From assembly GCA_965221125.1 (NCBI GenBank), contig CBDCRW010000007.1, positions 64,001-128,000 of the forward strand: DNA of 64,000 nucleotides. Direction: 5' to 3'. Every line of letters starts with the position of its first letter. The stretch's first letter is position 1. This DNA is from Alphaproteobacteria bacterium (GTDB lineage: Bacteria > Pseudomonadota > Alphaproteobacteria > UBA828). The position numbers were made by a program, and so were the translations under genes. Under the pieces are notes generated by a model. It was not told the origin of the DNA and searched no databases. It was given only the letters and a program-made list of their open reading frames with translations. Of the stretch, positions 37,698-46,949 are shown piece after piece.

Positions 37698-38914
37698 GTA
37701 TCCGAAGGATGCCCCTCCGTGTTGTGGTCTTCGGGAAGACAGGGGACCTGCTGCCGGCCGCCGCGCTGCTTGCCGCAGTGCTTTCGGCCGGGGCGATGCT
37801 GATGCCGACCGCGGCGCACGCCCACAAGTGCGACCGCACCGACAACGACCGGCGCGAGGCGAGTCGCGTCATCGCGGACCTCACCGGCGAGATCGACGCC
37901 ATGGAGCGGGCCATCATCGAGGCGCTGCGTCTGCAGACCGGCCAGCTCTCGGGCTACATCGCCCAGAGCGCCAAGGCCGTGACCGGAGCCCTCGACTCGC
38001 AGACGAAGCTGCAGGCGCAGACTGCGCGCGAGGTGGCCGAGACCGGGACCATGATGGCGCACCGGCCCAGCCGGAGCGCCTGCGAGGCGGTCACGGGGCT
38101 GAGGGGCCTCGCGGCCACCGGCGCCGCGGCAAAGGACGCGCACGGGCGTGCGGCCGCGACCGAGACGGGCCGCATCACGGGCGACCGCGCGGTGGTGGAC
38201 CGGCCGGGGGCCGCCGCCGGCGATGCGGCGCGCTTCGAGAGCGTCACGCGGGAATACTGCAACGCAGGCCGCGCCGGCGAGGGCACTCGTGCCGGAGACC
38301 CGGAGCTCTCCGGCACGAGTGTCTGCCGGGGCGGGCACGCCATGCACGGCGCGGACCTGCACGCCGGCACCCTGTTCGAGCGCCGCACCTTCGCAAGCGA
38401 GGACGAGCTGCGGGCTGCCGTAGAGCTCTCGCGCAACCTCGCAGCGCCCGTGGTGCACGACCCGCCGCCGCTCGGCTCGGCCGATACCGACCGGGAGCGC
38501 CGCCGCGCGCTGCTGGCTCGGGCGGCGGACGCGCGGATGGCGCTCGCCGCCGACTACATGGCGCAGGCCCGGGCGCTCAGGGCGCCGGGCGCCGCGCTCG
38601 GCGAATGGGCCGCGGCGGTCGCACCCGGCGCGGGCCGCGATCCCGCGACCCCCGTCAGCCGCTATGAGCTTCTTGAGCTGCTGGCGAGCGGCCGTTTCGA
38701 GGACCCGCACTGGTTCGTGCGCCTGCAGGCGATATCGGCAGAGAACCTGCTGCGCGAGCTGGTGACGCTGCAGGCGGTCTCGCTCATGCTCGACTGGCAG
38801 CGCTACCGCACCGACGAGCGGCGCGGCGCGATCGACGCGGCATCGCTCGCGTTGGCCACGGAGGAGATGCGCCGCCTCCCCGGCCTCGCCAACCCGGCCG
38901 CCGGGGCCAACTGA
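37694..38914 (+). CDS. Secreted conjugation protein (IcmX/TraW-like position and character)
   Basis: Signal peptide, helical, RF.DP.W...L..LLREL; lies upstream of dotA. Confidence 0.55.
   Translation: MSIRRMPLRVVVFGKTGDLLPAAALLAAVLSAGAMLMPTAAHAHKCDRTDNDRREASRVIADLTGEIDAMERAIIEALRLQTGQLSGYIAQSAKAVTGALDSQTKLQAQTAREVAETGTMMAHRPSRSACEAVTGLRGLAATGAAAKDAHGRAAATETGRITGDRAVVDRPGAAAGDAARFESVTREYCNAGRAGEGTRAGDPELSGTSVCRGGHAMHGADLHAGTLFERRTFASEDELRAAVELSRNLAAPVVHDPPPLGSADTDRERRRALLARAADARMALAADYMAQARALRAPGAALGEWAAAVAPGAGRDPATPVSRYELLELLASGRFEDPHWFVRLQAISAENLLRELVTLQAVSLMLDWQRYRTDERRGAIDAASLALATEEMRRLPGLANPAAGAN
38279..38326. repeat. Inverted pair of 15-bp units forming a long in-frame hairpin
   Basis: ggcactcgtgccggaga-cccggagc-tctccggcacgagtgtc. 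Confidence 0.85.
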
Positions 38915-38918
38915 GGCG

Positions 38919-41219
38919 ATGCGCCTGCTCCGTTTCCTGTTCGCGCCCGAGCTCGGTCGCCCGCTTGCCGAAGCCCTGCGATCGGCGGCTGTGCTGCGGA
39001 CGCTGATCGAGGCGGTGCGCCGGCCACCGCCGCCTGCCGGGTCGTGCATCGGGGACGGCGGCAAGGCCGAGGGCGGCGGCAAGGCCAGCGATCCCGGTGA
39101 CGCGGTTGCGAGTCGTCGTGTGGCGGCCAAAACGGGGAGCCGAGGCTCGCCCTCTCCGGCCTCAGGCTTCCGTCCCGGCCTCCTCTGGCTGGTCCTGCTG
39201 CTCGCGCTCACCGGTCTCGTCCTGGCCGCCGTGCCCCCGCCCGATCCGGCCGCCGCGCAGTTCATCGAGCGCGGCCTCTTCGCCGACACTGACGGTGCGA
39301 CGCGCGAGGTCCTGGCTTTCCTCGGCGGGCTGGGCGCTAACGGGCCGTCCGCCGTGGGCGACATGCTGTTCGCCTTCAACGCCGGCGTCCTGGTGCTTGC
39401 CGGGTTCCTGCTCATCTGGCACGCCGCCGCCGGCACCGTGGATACCGCGCGGGAAGGCCGCTTCGGCTTCGGCGCCTGGGCGATCGTGCGCATCGTCACC
39501 GCCGTTGCCCTGATGGCGCCGCTGCCGGGCGGGCTGAACGGGGCGCAGCACGCGGTGGTGGGCCTCGCCCATCTTGGCGGCGACTTCGCCAACGCCGTCT
39601 GGAAGCCGTTCTCCGAGGAAGCCTTTTCGGAGAGCCGCCCCATCGTGCCGCGCCCCCGCGAGGCGCTCTGGCGGGCGGCGATCGCGCGCACGCTGCTCGC
39701 CGAGACCTGCGCCAGGACGGCCAACCAGAGCGCGGCGCAGGCGGGCGACGACGCCTATGTGGAGATCGACGACCACGAGGACGACGGCACGCTGACCTTC
39801 AGCTATGACGGTGAGGACCGGGGCATGCCGGACAGGATGTGCGGCAGCATCCGGTTCTCCGGCCTCGACGCCGATGGCGCTCCCGGCATGGCGGCCGAGG
39901 GGCACCGCCAGGCGCTCACCGCGCTCATGCCGCCAATCCGCAGTATCGCCGGCCGCCTCGCAGCCCACTACGTCGCCGGCACTCCGGTCTACGGCCGGCC
40001 GCTCCCGGACATCGACGGACTGCTGGCGGCGGAGGATCTGGCGGGCGCCTACGCGCGCGTGCTCGACGGCGCGCTCACGCAGGCCGCCTCGGAGGAGCGC
40101 GAGACGCTGGCGCGGGTGGTGGCAGAGGACGCGCGCGAGGCCTCCTGGCTGGCGGCGGCCTCCTTCTTCAACACCATCGCCCACCGCGTCGGCCTCTTCC
40201 AGGCCGCCGCCCACAACGTGCCCTCGGTGGCGCTGCCCACGCCGAGCCTCGACGAGTGGGTCCCTGCGGCGGACGCAGCCGTGAAGGGGGTGGCGGCCCA
40301 GCTCGCCCGCTCGCCCCGCTACCACCCGATGCTGCTGTCCGCCGCCGACGCCGGCGCGGGCGCGCTGCCCGCGTCGGGGGACGGTGACGGCGGCATGGTC
40401 TCCGGCCTGCTGGAGTTCATCGACCTGGACTCCGTCATCGTCGCCGACAGCGGCAATCCCATCGCCGACCTCGCCGCACTCGGCCACGGGCTGCTCAACG
40501 CCGCGCTCACCGCCGTTGCCGCGCTGATGGGTGCCGCCACCGGCTCCGGGCTGCTGGAATCCATTCCCTTCATCGGCAAGGGACTCGACGTCTTCGAGTC
40601 CGCCTGGCAGGTCTCCGACGCCCTAGTCTCGACCCTGCTCGGGCTGCTCGTCATCGCGGGCGCGGTGCTGGCCTACGTGCTGCCCGCGCTTCCCTTCATC
40701 CGCTTCCTGTTCGGCATCCTCGGCTGGATTCTGAACGTGGCGATCGCGGTGCTGGCCGTCACCGTGTTCGCCGCCGCCCACGTCACCCGCGAGGACGGGG
40801 ACCGGCTCACCGTCCAGGCCACCCGCCAGGGCTGGCTGTTCCTGCCCGCGCTGGTGCTGCGGCCCGCGCTGATGCTTCTGGGGCTCATCCTCGGCTACTT
40901 CGTGTTCCTCGCGAGTATCGGGCTGTTCAACCAGGTGTGGCTGCCGCAGATGCGCGACGCCGGGGTCTCCGGCGGGCTCGGGCCGGTGGGCTTCCTCGCC
41001 ATGCTCGCGCTCTACGTGATCGTCGCCTACGGGCTGATGAACGCCGCCTTCAAGCTGATCGACCTGCTTCCCTCCGCCGTCCTCGACTGGATTGGCGGGC
41101 GCGCAGGCGCGGGCGACGACGGGGGCGAGCGGGCCGGGGGAACGGCGGTGGCGGGGTTCTCGCGCCTGAGCGCGGTCCGCGTCGGCGCCCGCACCCGGCG
41201 CGGCGGGACCGGGAGCTGA
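38919..41219 (+). CDS. dotA: DotA/TraY-family membrane protein
   Basis: FNAGVL...VDTAREG...IVRIV...GLNGAQ; LAYVLPALPFI...LRPALM...LPSAVLDWIG. Confidence 0.88.
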   Translation: MRLLRFLFAPELGRPLAEALRSAAVLRTLIEAVRRPPPPAGSCIGDGGKAEGGGKASDPGDAVASRRVAAKTGSRGSPSPASGFRPGLLWLVLLLALTGLVLAAVPPPDPAAAQFIERGLFADTDGATREVLAFLGGLGANGPSAVGDMLFAFNAGVLVLAGFLLIWHAAAGTVDTAREGRFGFGAWAIVRIVTAVALMAPLPGGLNGAQHAVVGLAHLGGDFANAVWKPFSEEAFSESRPIVPRPREALWRAAIARTLLAETCARTANQSAAQAGDDAYVEIDDHEDDGTLTFSYDGEDRGMPDRMCGSIRFSGLDADGAPGMAAEGHRQALTALMPPIRSIAGRLAAHYVAGTPVYGRPLPDIDGLLAAEDLAGAYARVLDGALTQAASEERETLARVVAEDAREASWLAAASFFNTIAHRVGLFQAAAHNVPSVALPTPSLDEWVPAADAAVKGVAAQLARSPRYHPMLLSAADAGAGALPASGDGDGGMVSGLLEFIDLDSVIVADSGNPIADLAALGHGLLNAALTAVAALMGAATGSGLLESIPFIGKGLDVFESAWQVSDALVSTLLGLLVIAGAVLAYVLPALPFIRFLFGILGWILNVAIAVLAVTVFAAAHVTREDGDRLTVQATRQGWLFLPALVLRPALMLLGLILGYFVFLASIGLFNQVWLPQMRDAGVSGGLGPVGFLAMLALYVIVAYGLMNAAFKLIDLLPSAVLDWIGGRAGAGDDGGERAGGTAVAGFSRLSAVRVGARTRRGGTGS

Positions 41220-41262
41220 CCGTGCCCGCACCGCGTGCCCATGAACTCGGAGGAGCGTGGAC

Positions 41263-43242
41263 ATGAGAGTCATCCAGCCGGGTCTCTGCGTCCTCCTGCT
41301 TGCTGCCGGCGGCGGCTGGGCGGTGTGGCTCGCGAGGGGGCTCCGGGCGGAAGAAACGACCGCCGCCGGCCTCGGCACGGCCGTCGGAGCATCGTTGCTC
41401 GCCTACTTCGCCGGCGACCGGAAGGACGCCTTCCTGTGGCTCCGTTTCGGGCTCTACAGCGGCGCGCTGGCGGTGGCCGGCGCCTCGCTCTGGACCGGGG
41501 TGGTACGGCCGCTCCAGTATGCGCCCTCCCTCGGGGCCGTCACGGGCTGGCTCGGGACGCTGGACGGGCTCGCACTGGCGATGGCGGTCGTGCCGCCGCC
41601 GGCCGTCGCGCTGCTGTGCATTCTCTGGTTCGAGGTGGCCGTCGCCACCTTCCGGCATCTGGGTAGCAGCGACCGCCGCCGCCGCGCCGAGTCCGACCTG
41701 CACGGACATGCGAGCCTGCTCGGGCGCCGGTTCCTGCGCCGGCTGGCGAAGCGGAAAGGCATCCTGCTGGGCCAGTGGGGCACCGGCCGAAAGGCGCCCC
41801 TGATCGGATGGTCCCTCGAAGGCTCCGCCATCACCGTCGCGCCGCCGCGTACCGGCAAGGGCGCGCTGATCGCGCTCAACCTGCTCTCGCCCGACGGCCG
41901 GGGATTCGAGGGCTCGACCGTCACTATCGACCCGCGCGGCGAGCTCTGGTGCGTCGCCGCGCGCCGCCGCCGCGAGCTCGGTCGCGATGCCGTGCTCCTC
42001 GATCCCTTCGGCGTGACGAAGGCCCACCGGGATGCGTTCGGGGAATGCCACCTGCCGGACGTGAGGTCCGCGACCTACAACCCGCTGGAGTTCATACGGG
42101 AGGACGACAGCCTCGCCGTGCGCGACATCAACGTCCTGCTCGACGCCCTGCTCACCCCGCCCCGTCCCGGCGCCCACGACAACACCCGGCACTTCTACGA
42201 GTCCGCGCGCGCCATCGTCGCCGGCTACGTCGCCTGGGTGCGCTTCAGGGAGCCGGCGTACAGGCGGACCCTCAAGACGGTCCACGAGATGCTGTCGGCC
42301 TCGCCCGAAGCGCGCGAGGGCTTCGCGGAAGCCTTCAGAAAGGAGGAGCCCTTCGCGGGCGGTCTCGCCCGTATCGCGGTCGAGCGCCAGGCCCAGGTGG
42401 GCAGGGAGGAAGGCGGCTCCAACTTCACCACGGTCGCCAACCAACTGGCCTTCCTCAACTACCCCGAGCTGCTCGCAAACACCAGGCGGTCCAGCTTCGA
42501 TCCGACGAGGCTCGCGGAGGGGAACACCGACCTGTTCGTGGTCGCGCCCGAGGAGACCGTCGAGCACGTCAAGGGCTGGCTCCGCCTCTGGGTTGCCATC
42601 CCCAACGCCGTCGCCGGCAGGACGCCGCTCGAGCGCGACATGCTCATCGTCATCGACGAGATGCCGCGCATCGGCTTCCTCAAGCCGGTGATGGACGGCT
42701 ACACCATGGCCGCCGGCAAGGGCGTCCACTTCTGGTGCTTCGCGCAGTCCATCTCGGCGCTCGATTCGAGCTGGGGTAGGGAGCACCGCAGGACGCTGCT
42801 GCACCTCGCCGAGCTGGTGCAGGTGCTGGGCTTCCCGCGCACCGACGCGGAGGGTGCTGAGGAGCTGTCGAAGGCGATCGGCACCGCCACCTTCGAGGGC
42901 CGTACCGAGAGCCGGTCGGGCACCATCGCCGAGAGCCGCATCGTGACGGCCAACACGCAGTGGCAGGCGGGCGAGTCGCGCACGCTGGTGCGCGAGCGAG
43001 TGGTGACGCCCGACGAACTGATGACGCTGGGACCCGACCGCCAATACGTGATCGCCTCCCCGAAGGATCTGCCCCGCGACGCGCTGCACCTGCACCACGC
43101 GGCCTACTGGCGCCGTCCCGATTCCGCCTGGCTGGCCGATCCCAACCCGTTCGTGCTGCGCAAGCGGGAGGCCGAACGGCGAGGCGGCGGGGCGGCGCGG
43201 AGGGCGTGGCCCCTGACCCTCATGAGAGGAGTACAGACATGA
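41263..43242 (+). CDS. virD4: Type IV coupling protein, VirD4/TraG family
   Basis: N-terminal TMs, LHGHA, APPRTGKG, IDPRGE, YNPL, IVIDEM, QSISAL, VTPDELM. Confidence 0.85.
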   Translation: MRVIQPGLCVLLLAAGGGWAVWLARGLRAEETTAAGLGTAVGASLLAYFAGDRKDAFLWLRFGLYSGALAVAGASLWTGVVRPLQYAPSLGAVTGWLGTLDGLALAMAVVPPPAVALLCILWFEVAVATFRHLGSSDRRRRAESDLHGHASLLGRRFLRRLAKRKGILLGQWGTGRKAPLIGWSLEGSAITVAPPRTGKGALIALNLLSPDGRGFEGSTVTIDPRGELWCVAARRRRELGRDAVLLDPFGVTKAHRDAFGECHLPDVRSATYNPLEFIREDDSLAVRDINVLLDALLTPPRPGAHDNTRHFYESARAIVAGYVAWVRFREPAYRRTLKTVHEMLSASPEAREGFAEAFRKEEPFAGGLARIAVERQAQVGREEGGSNFTTVANQLAFLNYPELLANTRRSSFDPTRLAEGNTDLFVVAPEETVEHVKGWLRLWVAIPNAVAGRTPLERDMLIVIDEMPRIGFLKPVMDGYTMAAGKGVHFWCFAQSISALDSSWGREHRRTLLHLAELVQVLGFPRTDAEGAEELSKAIGTATFEGRTESRSGTIAESRIVTANTQWQAGESRTLVRERVVTPDELMTLGPDRQYVIASPKDLPRDALHLHHAAYWRRPDSAWLADPNPFVLRKREAERRGGGAARRAWPLTLMRGVQT

Positions 43243-43841
43243 GTGCTGACAACCCGACCATGAACGAGCGGAGCCGGCCTGACGAGGAAGCCGGAAACGG
43301 TGGACAGGAACGCGAAGCGGACGAGTCGCGGCCGTCGGTGCAGGGAGAGATCCTGGCACGCCTGGAAGTCATCGATAGGCGGCTGGAAGAAAGGAAATGT
43401 CCCGCTCCGGGACCGACGAAGGCAGCTTTCGACAAGCTCGCCAAGGCGACCGGAGCGATCGGCGAGGACGTGGGTGAGACGAAGAATCTTGTCGGCCGGC
43501 TGCTGGAGACCGACCCGGACTACAAGGCGGCGGTGGACGCGGCAGTGGGGCTCTCGGGGGAATTGGGCAGCTGCAGGGCGGATTTGGGGCGGTGGGTGGA
43601 AGAGGACCGGCGCTGGCAGCGGCGCTGGAAGTCGGCGGCGCTGGCCGCCGCCGTCCCGGCCGCCCTGCTGCTCGGCGTGCTCGTGGAACAGCAGTTCCAG
43701 CCGATCCCGCTGCACGATCCGAGCGGGGGCTGGAGCGGATGGATATGGGAGACCCACGGCCGCGCCATCGTGGACTGCGCCGTGGAAGCGAGGCGGACGG
43801 AGGCCGAGGTGGATTGTGCGCTGGTCGTGCGCAGGCCGTAG
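43239..43841 (+). CDS. Hypothetical protein with a C-terminal TM segment
   Basis: AGGAG RBS; ATGA overlap with virD4. Confidence 0.6.
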   Translation: MSADNPTMNERSRPDEEAGNGGQEREADESRPSVQGEILARLEVIDRRLEERKCPAPGPTKAAFDKLAKATGAIGEDVGETKNLVGRLLETDPDYKAAVDAAVGLSGELGSCRADLGRWVEEDRRWQRRWKSAALAAAVPAALLLGVLVEQQFQPIPLHDPSGGWSGWIWETHGRAIVDCAVEARRTEAEVDCALVVRRP

Positions 43842-43891
43842 CGCTGACGGATGCAAGAACGCGGAGAATCTACGAAACGGAAGGAATTGGA

Positions 43892-44125
43892 ATGGCCAAA
43901 TCGGAACCGAAGATCCTGCGACTGCCGGAGGTCGCGCGGCTGACGGGAATGAGCAAGGGCACGATCCATCGCCGGTATCGCGAGGGCACGTTCCCTCGGC
44001 CGCTCAAGCTGGGCGTGCAATCGATCGGGTGGCGGCGCAAGGATATCGATGATTGGCTCGAGTCGCTGCCGCGTGCCGGTGGGGCGCCCAACGATGCCGG
44101 ACAGGCGGATCGGAAAGGCCCATGA
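43892..44125 (+). CDS. alpA: AlpA-family regulator/excisionase
   Basis: ILRLPEVARLTGMSKGTIHR...FPRPLKLG..SIGW. Confidence 0.9.
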   Translation: MAKSEPKILRLPEVARLTGMSKGTIHRRYREGTFPRPLKLGVQSIGWRRKDIDDWLESLPRAGGAPNDAGQADRKGP

Positions 44126-44338
44126 GGCCTGGCGGTACCGGGAGGGGTTCCGCCCGGACGTGCTACGACCGCGCGATCGGACAAGGACGGGCCGGGAACG
44201 TCCGGTCGCGCCATGAGGGTCGAACCGGCGTTATTCCCTGTCCAGCAAGGAGTTGCCGGAGATCGGCGGACCGTCGATCGGGGGAGAGCGGTTGCTGTGG
44301 GAGGAGAACGGCGAGCGGGCCGGCGCTATACCGAGCGC

Positions 44339-44416
44339 AGTGAGGGTGTGAGTGAGGGACACACTATTTCAAATTTAAGGAAAATACTTATAAATCAATA
44401 TGTTATAAAGGAAAAG
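44339..44416. promoter_or_regulatory. att-like region: arm-type repeats (agtgaggg x2), AT-rich tract and IHF-consensus site (44393-44405)
   Basis: AATCAA-TATG-TTA fits WATCAANNNNTTR; adjacent to the tRNA 3' end. Confidence 0.6.
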
Positions 44417-44506
44417 TGGCGGAGGGGGTGGGATTCGAACCCACGGTACGCTCACGCGTACAACGGTTTTCGAGACCGCCCCGTTCGACCACTCCGGCAC
44501 CCCTCC
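44417..44506 (-). tRNA. tRNA-Ser(CGA), likely island integration site
   Basis: GGAGGGG...GCGGT-CTCGAAA-ACCGT, long variable arm, TTCGAATC, GCCA; 90 nt. Confidence 0.97.
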
Positions 44507-44536
44507 GCGGCCTGGTGCGTCTCGCGCGGCACTTAT

Positions 44537-45409
44537 CTACGCCTGCCCGGCCCCCTCGGCAACCGCGGCGGCGGCGATGCTCCGCTCGTACGCCGCGAAA
44601 TCCTCGGTGCCGAGCACGTGGCGCTCCATCCAGGCGCTGAAGCGCTCGCGGTCGCGGGCGATGGCGTCCCACGCCTCGTAGAAGGAATTGTCGCGCCGGT
44701 AGTAGCCGAGCGCGTAGGAAGGCCGGGCGCCGCCGGGCGCGGGCGAGACCGCGCTCACCACCCAGTGCGGCAGGTGTATCGAGCCCGCGCGGGGCTCCAG
44801 CGCGTCCACGATCTCTTCGACCGTGACGAGGACGCGCCGCGACGCGAGCGCCACCTCCTTCTGCACGCCGGAGATGCCCCACAGCATGACGTTGCCTTTG
44901 CGGTCCGCCTGCTGGGCGTGGAGCACCGCCACGTCGGGGCGCACCGAGGGCGAGGCCGCGAGCTTCTCGCCGGTGAACGGGCATTCGATGAACCTGATGA
45001 CGGGGTTGTGCGCCGGCAGGTCCGAGCCGGCGTAGCCCCGGATCACCGAGAAGGGCAGCCCGCTCGCGCCCGCGACATAGGCGTTGGCGAGGTCGGCGTG
45101 GCTCCGCTCCTCGATCTCGAGCGGCCGGGGCCAGCCCTTCTCCACGGCATCGCGGAAGCGGTGCAGCGAGCCCACGCCCGGGTTGCCGCCCCAGGAGAAG
45201 ACGAGGCGGCCGACGCAGCCCATGCCGATGATCTGGTCGTAGATCAGATCCGGCGTCATGCGGACGGCGGTGAGGTCGCGGAGGCCGGCGCGGATCACCG
45301 CGTGGCCGGCGGCATGCGGGATCAGGTGCGTGAAGCCCTCCATGGCGACCGTGTCGCCGTCATGGATAAGGGCGGCGACCGCGTCTGCGAGCGGAAGAAC
45401 CTCGGCCAT
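44537..45409 (-). CDS. CoA-transferase subunit A (3-oxoadipate/glutaconate type, CatI-like)
   Basis: DGDTVAMEGFTHLIP...RMTPDLIYDQ...FSWGGNPGVGSLHR. Confidence 0.85.
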   Translation of the reverse strand: MAEVLPLADAVAALIHDGDTVAMEGFTHLIPHAAGHAVIRAGLRDLTAVRMTPDLIYDQIIGMGCVGRLVFSWGGNPGVGSLHRFRDAVEKGWPRPLEIEERSHADLANAYVAGASGLPFSVIRGYAGSDLPAHNPVIRFIECPFTGEKLAASPSVRPDVAVLHAQQADRKGNVMLWGISGVQKEVALASRRVLVTVEEIVDALEPRAGSIHLPHWVVSAVSPAPGGARPSYALGYYRRDNSFYEAWDAIARDRERFSAWMERHVLGTEDFAAYERSIAAAAVAEGAGQA

Positions 45410-45462
45410 GCGCCGGGTCCGGCCTGACGGGAACGCGCGGGTGAGGGAGGGGCGCCGGGCGG

Positions 45463-46446
45463 CTAGAAGCGCACGGGCACGATCGGCGCCTCGCCCTTCG
45501 CGATCATCTCGGGGATCGCAGGCGAGGCGTTCTCCCACACCAGCAGCATCGAGCGCTTGGGCGAAAAGCCCTGGTGGCGGATGTCGGCCGGCATGCAGGC
45601 GACGTCGCCCGAGCGCATGGTCACCACCGCGCGGGGGTCGCCCGAATGCTTGTCCTTCACGTTCCAGACGATCTCGTCGGAGAGCTGGATGAACCACTCG
45701 ACGCGGTCGTTGCCGTGCTCCACCGGCAGGATGAACTCCTCCGACGTGGGGCAGAACAGGCTGTCCTTGAGCACGGAGCAGACGGAGGGGTTCCAGGTCA
45801 CGTCCGAGCGCGAGAGGTAGGCGAAGAGGTTGAAGGACTGCACCTCGCCCTCGAAGCCGGGCTCGGCCTCGATCTCGGGCTCGTCCTGCTCCACGTCGGC
45901 GAACATGCGGTTGACCGGGTAGCCGCTCTCGTCGGTCCTGAGCGGCGCGTCGTCCGGCAGGCCCACCATGCGCTTCGCCGTCACCCGCACGCGGCCCAGC
46001 GCGTCCGGGTTGCGCCCGTTCTTGCGGCCGAAGGGCTGCGCCGTCTCCTGCGGCGCCGTGAAGGGGTCGTAGCCCGCGTTGGTCCAGTCCTCCAGCATCG
46101 CCTGGAAGGTCTCCCGCAGGTCGTCGCTGTCGATGGTCTCCTGATAGTCGCGGCCGTTGTCGCGGTAGGCGTCGTTGAAGCGCCCGATGTAGAGCTCCAC
46201 CTGGCCGTAGAGGTTGGTGGTGCCGAACACGTCGTCGAAGTTCAGCGTGCCGTAGAAGAAGTTCCACGCCACCTCGCGCACCAGCGCGCGCAGGAAGGCG
46301 TCCACCGGCATGAGGTGCGAGCCTTCGGGCCAGGTGATGTGAGCGAAATACTCGTCGCGGCGGAAGCCGAAGCCGCCGATCTGGAAGGTGCGGTAGCCGG
46401 TGTAGTTGTCGGGATCGGAGGCCGAGTAGGCCAGCTGTGTCGCCAT
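45463..46446 (-). CDS. hapD: Hydroquinone 1,2-dioxygenase large subunit
   Basis: RDEYFAHI.WP...FLRAL..VAW.FFYG...SRSDVTWNPSV...VEHGNDRVEWF...PADIRHQG. Confidence 0.85.
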   Translation of the reverse strand: MATQLAYSASDPDNYTGYRTFQIGGFGFRRDEYFAHITWPEGSHLMPVDAFLRALVREVAWNFFYGTLNFDDVFGTTNLYGQVELYIGRFNDAYRDNGRDYQETIDSDDLRETFQAMLEDWTNAGYDPFTAPQETAQPFGRKNGRNPDALGRVRVTAKRMVGLPDDAPLRTDESGYPVNRMFADVEQDEPEIEAEPGFEGEVQSFNLFAYLSRSDVTWNPSVCSVLKDSLFCPTSEEFILPVEHGNDRVEWFIQLSDEIVWNVKDKHSGDPRAVVTMRSGDVACMPADIRHQGFSPKRSMLLVWENASPAIPEMIAKGEAPIVPVRF

Positions 46447-46451
46447 CGCGC

Positions 46452-46949
46452 TCACTCCTCGCCGGTCTGGCAGATGTCGGCCCAGCGCTCGATGGTGAGC
46501 GGGCCGCCCATGGTCTGGAACAGGACAACGCTCGGCGCCTCGGCCGAGATGCGGTAGGCCGCGCCTGCCGGCAGCAGCGTGAGATGGCCGCGGCCGGCGC
46601 GGATGCGCCCCATGCGGGGGCCGTCGGGCTCGGCGTCCAGCGCGTGCGCGCCGTCGCCCTCCGGCGCTGCGCCGCCATGCTTTACCAACTCGACCTCGAT
46701 CTGCCCGTCGAGGCAGAGCGCGAACTCGTCGTGGGCCGCCGTGAACCAGGCGGAAGCGCCTTCCGCGCGCATGATCTCGATCGCGTATTCCAGGTTCTTC
46801 GCCACGCAGATGCGCTCGAACGGCGCGGACTTGCCGGCGACCTCGAAGGCGTTGGAGAACACGTAGTTGCGCGGATCGTCGTTGATGATGTGGACCCCGC
46901 CCTTGCGGTAGTCCTCGAGCGATCCGAGCTCGGTCGTGTAGTCGGCCAT
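46452..46949 (-). CDS. hapC: Hydroquinone 1,2-dioxygenase small subunit
   Basis: GSLEDYRKGGV.II.DDPRNYVFSN.FEVA...VAKNLEY...HDEF. Confidence 0.85.
   Translation of the reverse strand: MADYTTELGSLEDYRKGGVHIINDDPRNYVFSNAFEVAGKSAPFERICVAKNLEYAIEIMRAEGASAWFTAAHDEFALCLDGQIEVELVKHGGAAPEGDGAHALDAEPDGPRMGRIRAGRGHLTLLPAGAAYRISAEAPSVVLFQTMGGPLTIERWADICQTGEE

Noticed and set aside
44537-46678. 713-aa ORF as a fusion protein
   Set aside because: Only the part from 45409 is the CoA-transferase; the rest is an alternative frame over the dioxygenase genes.
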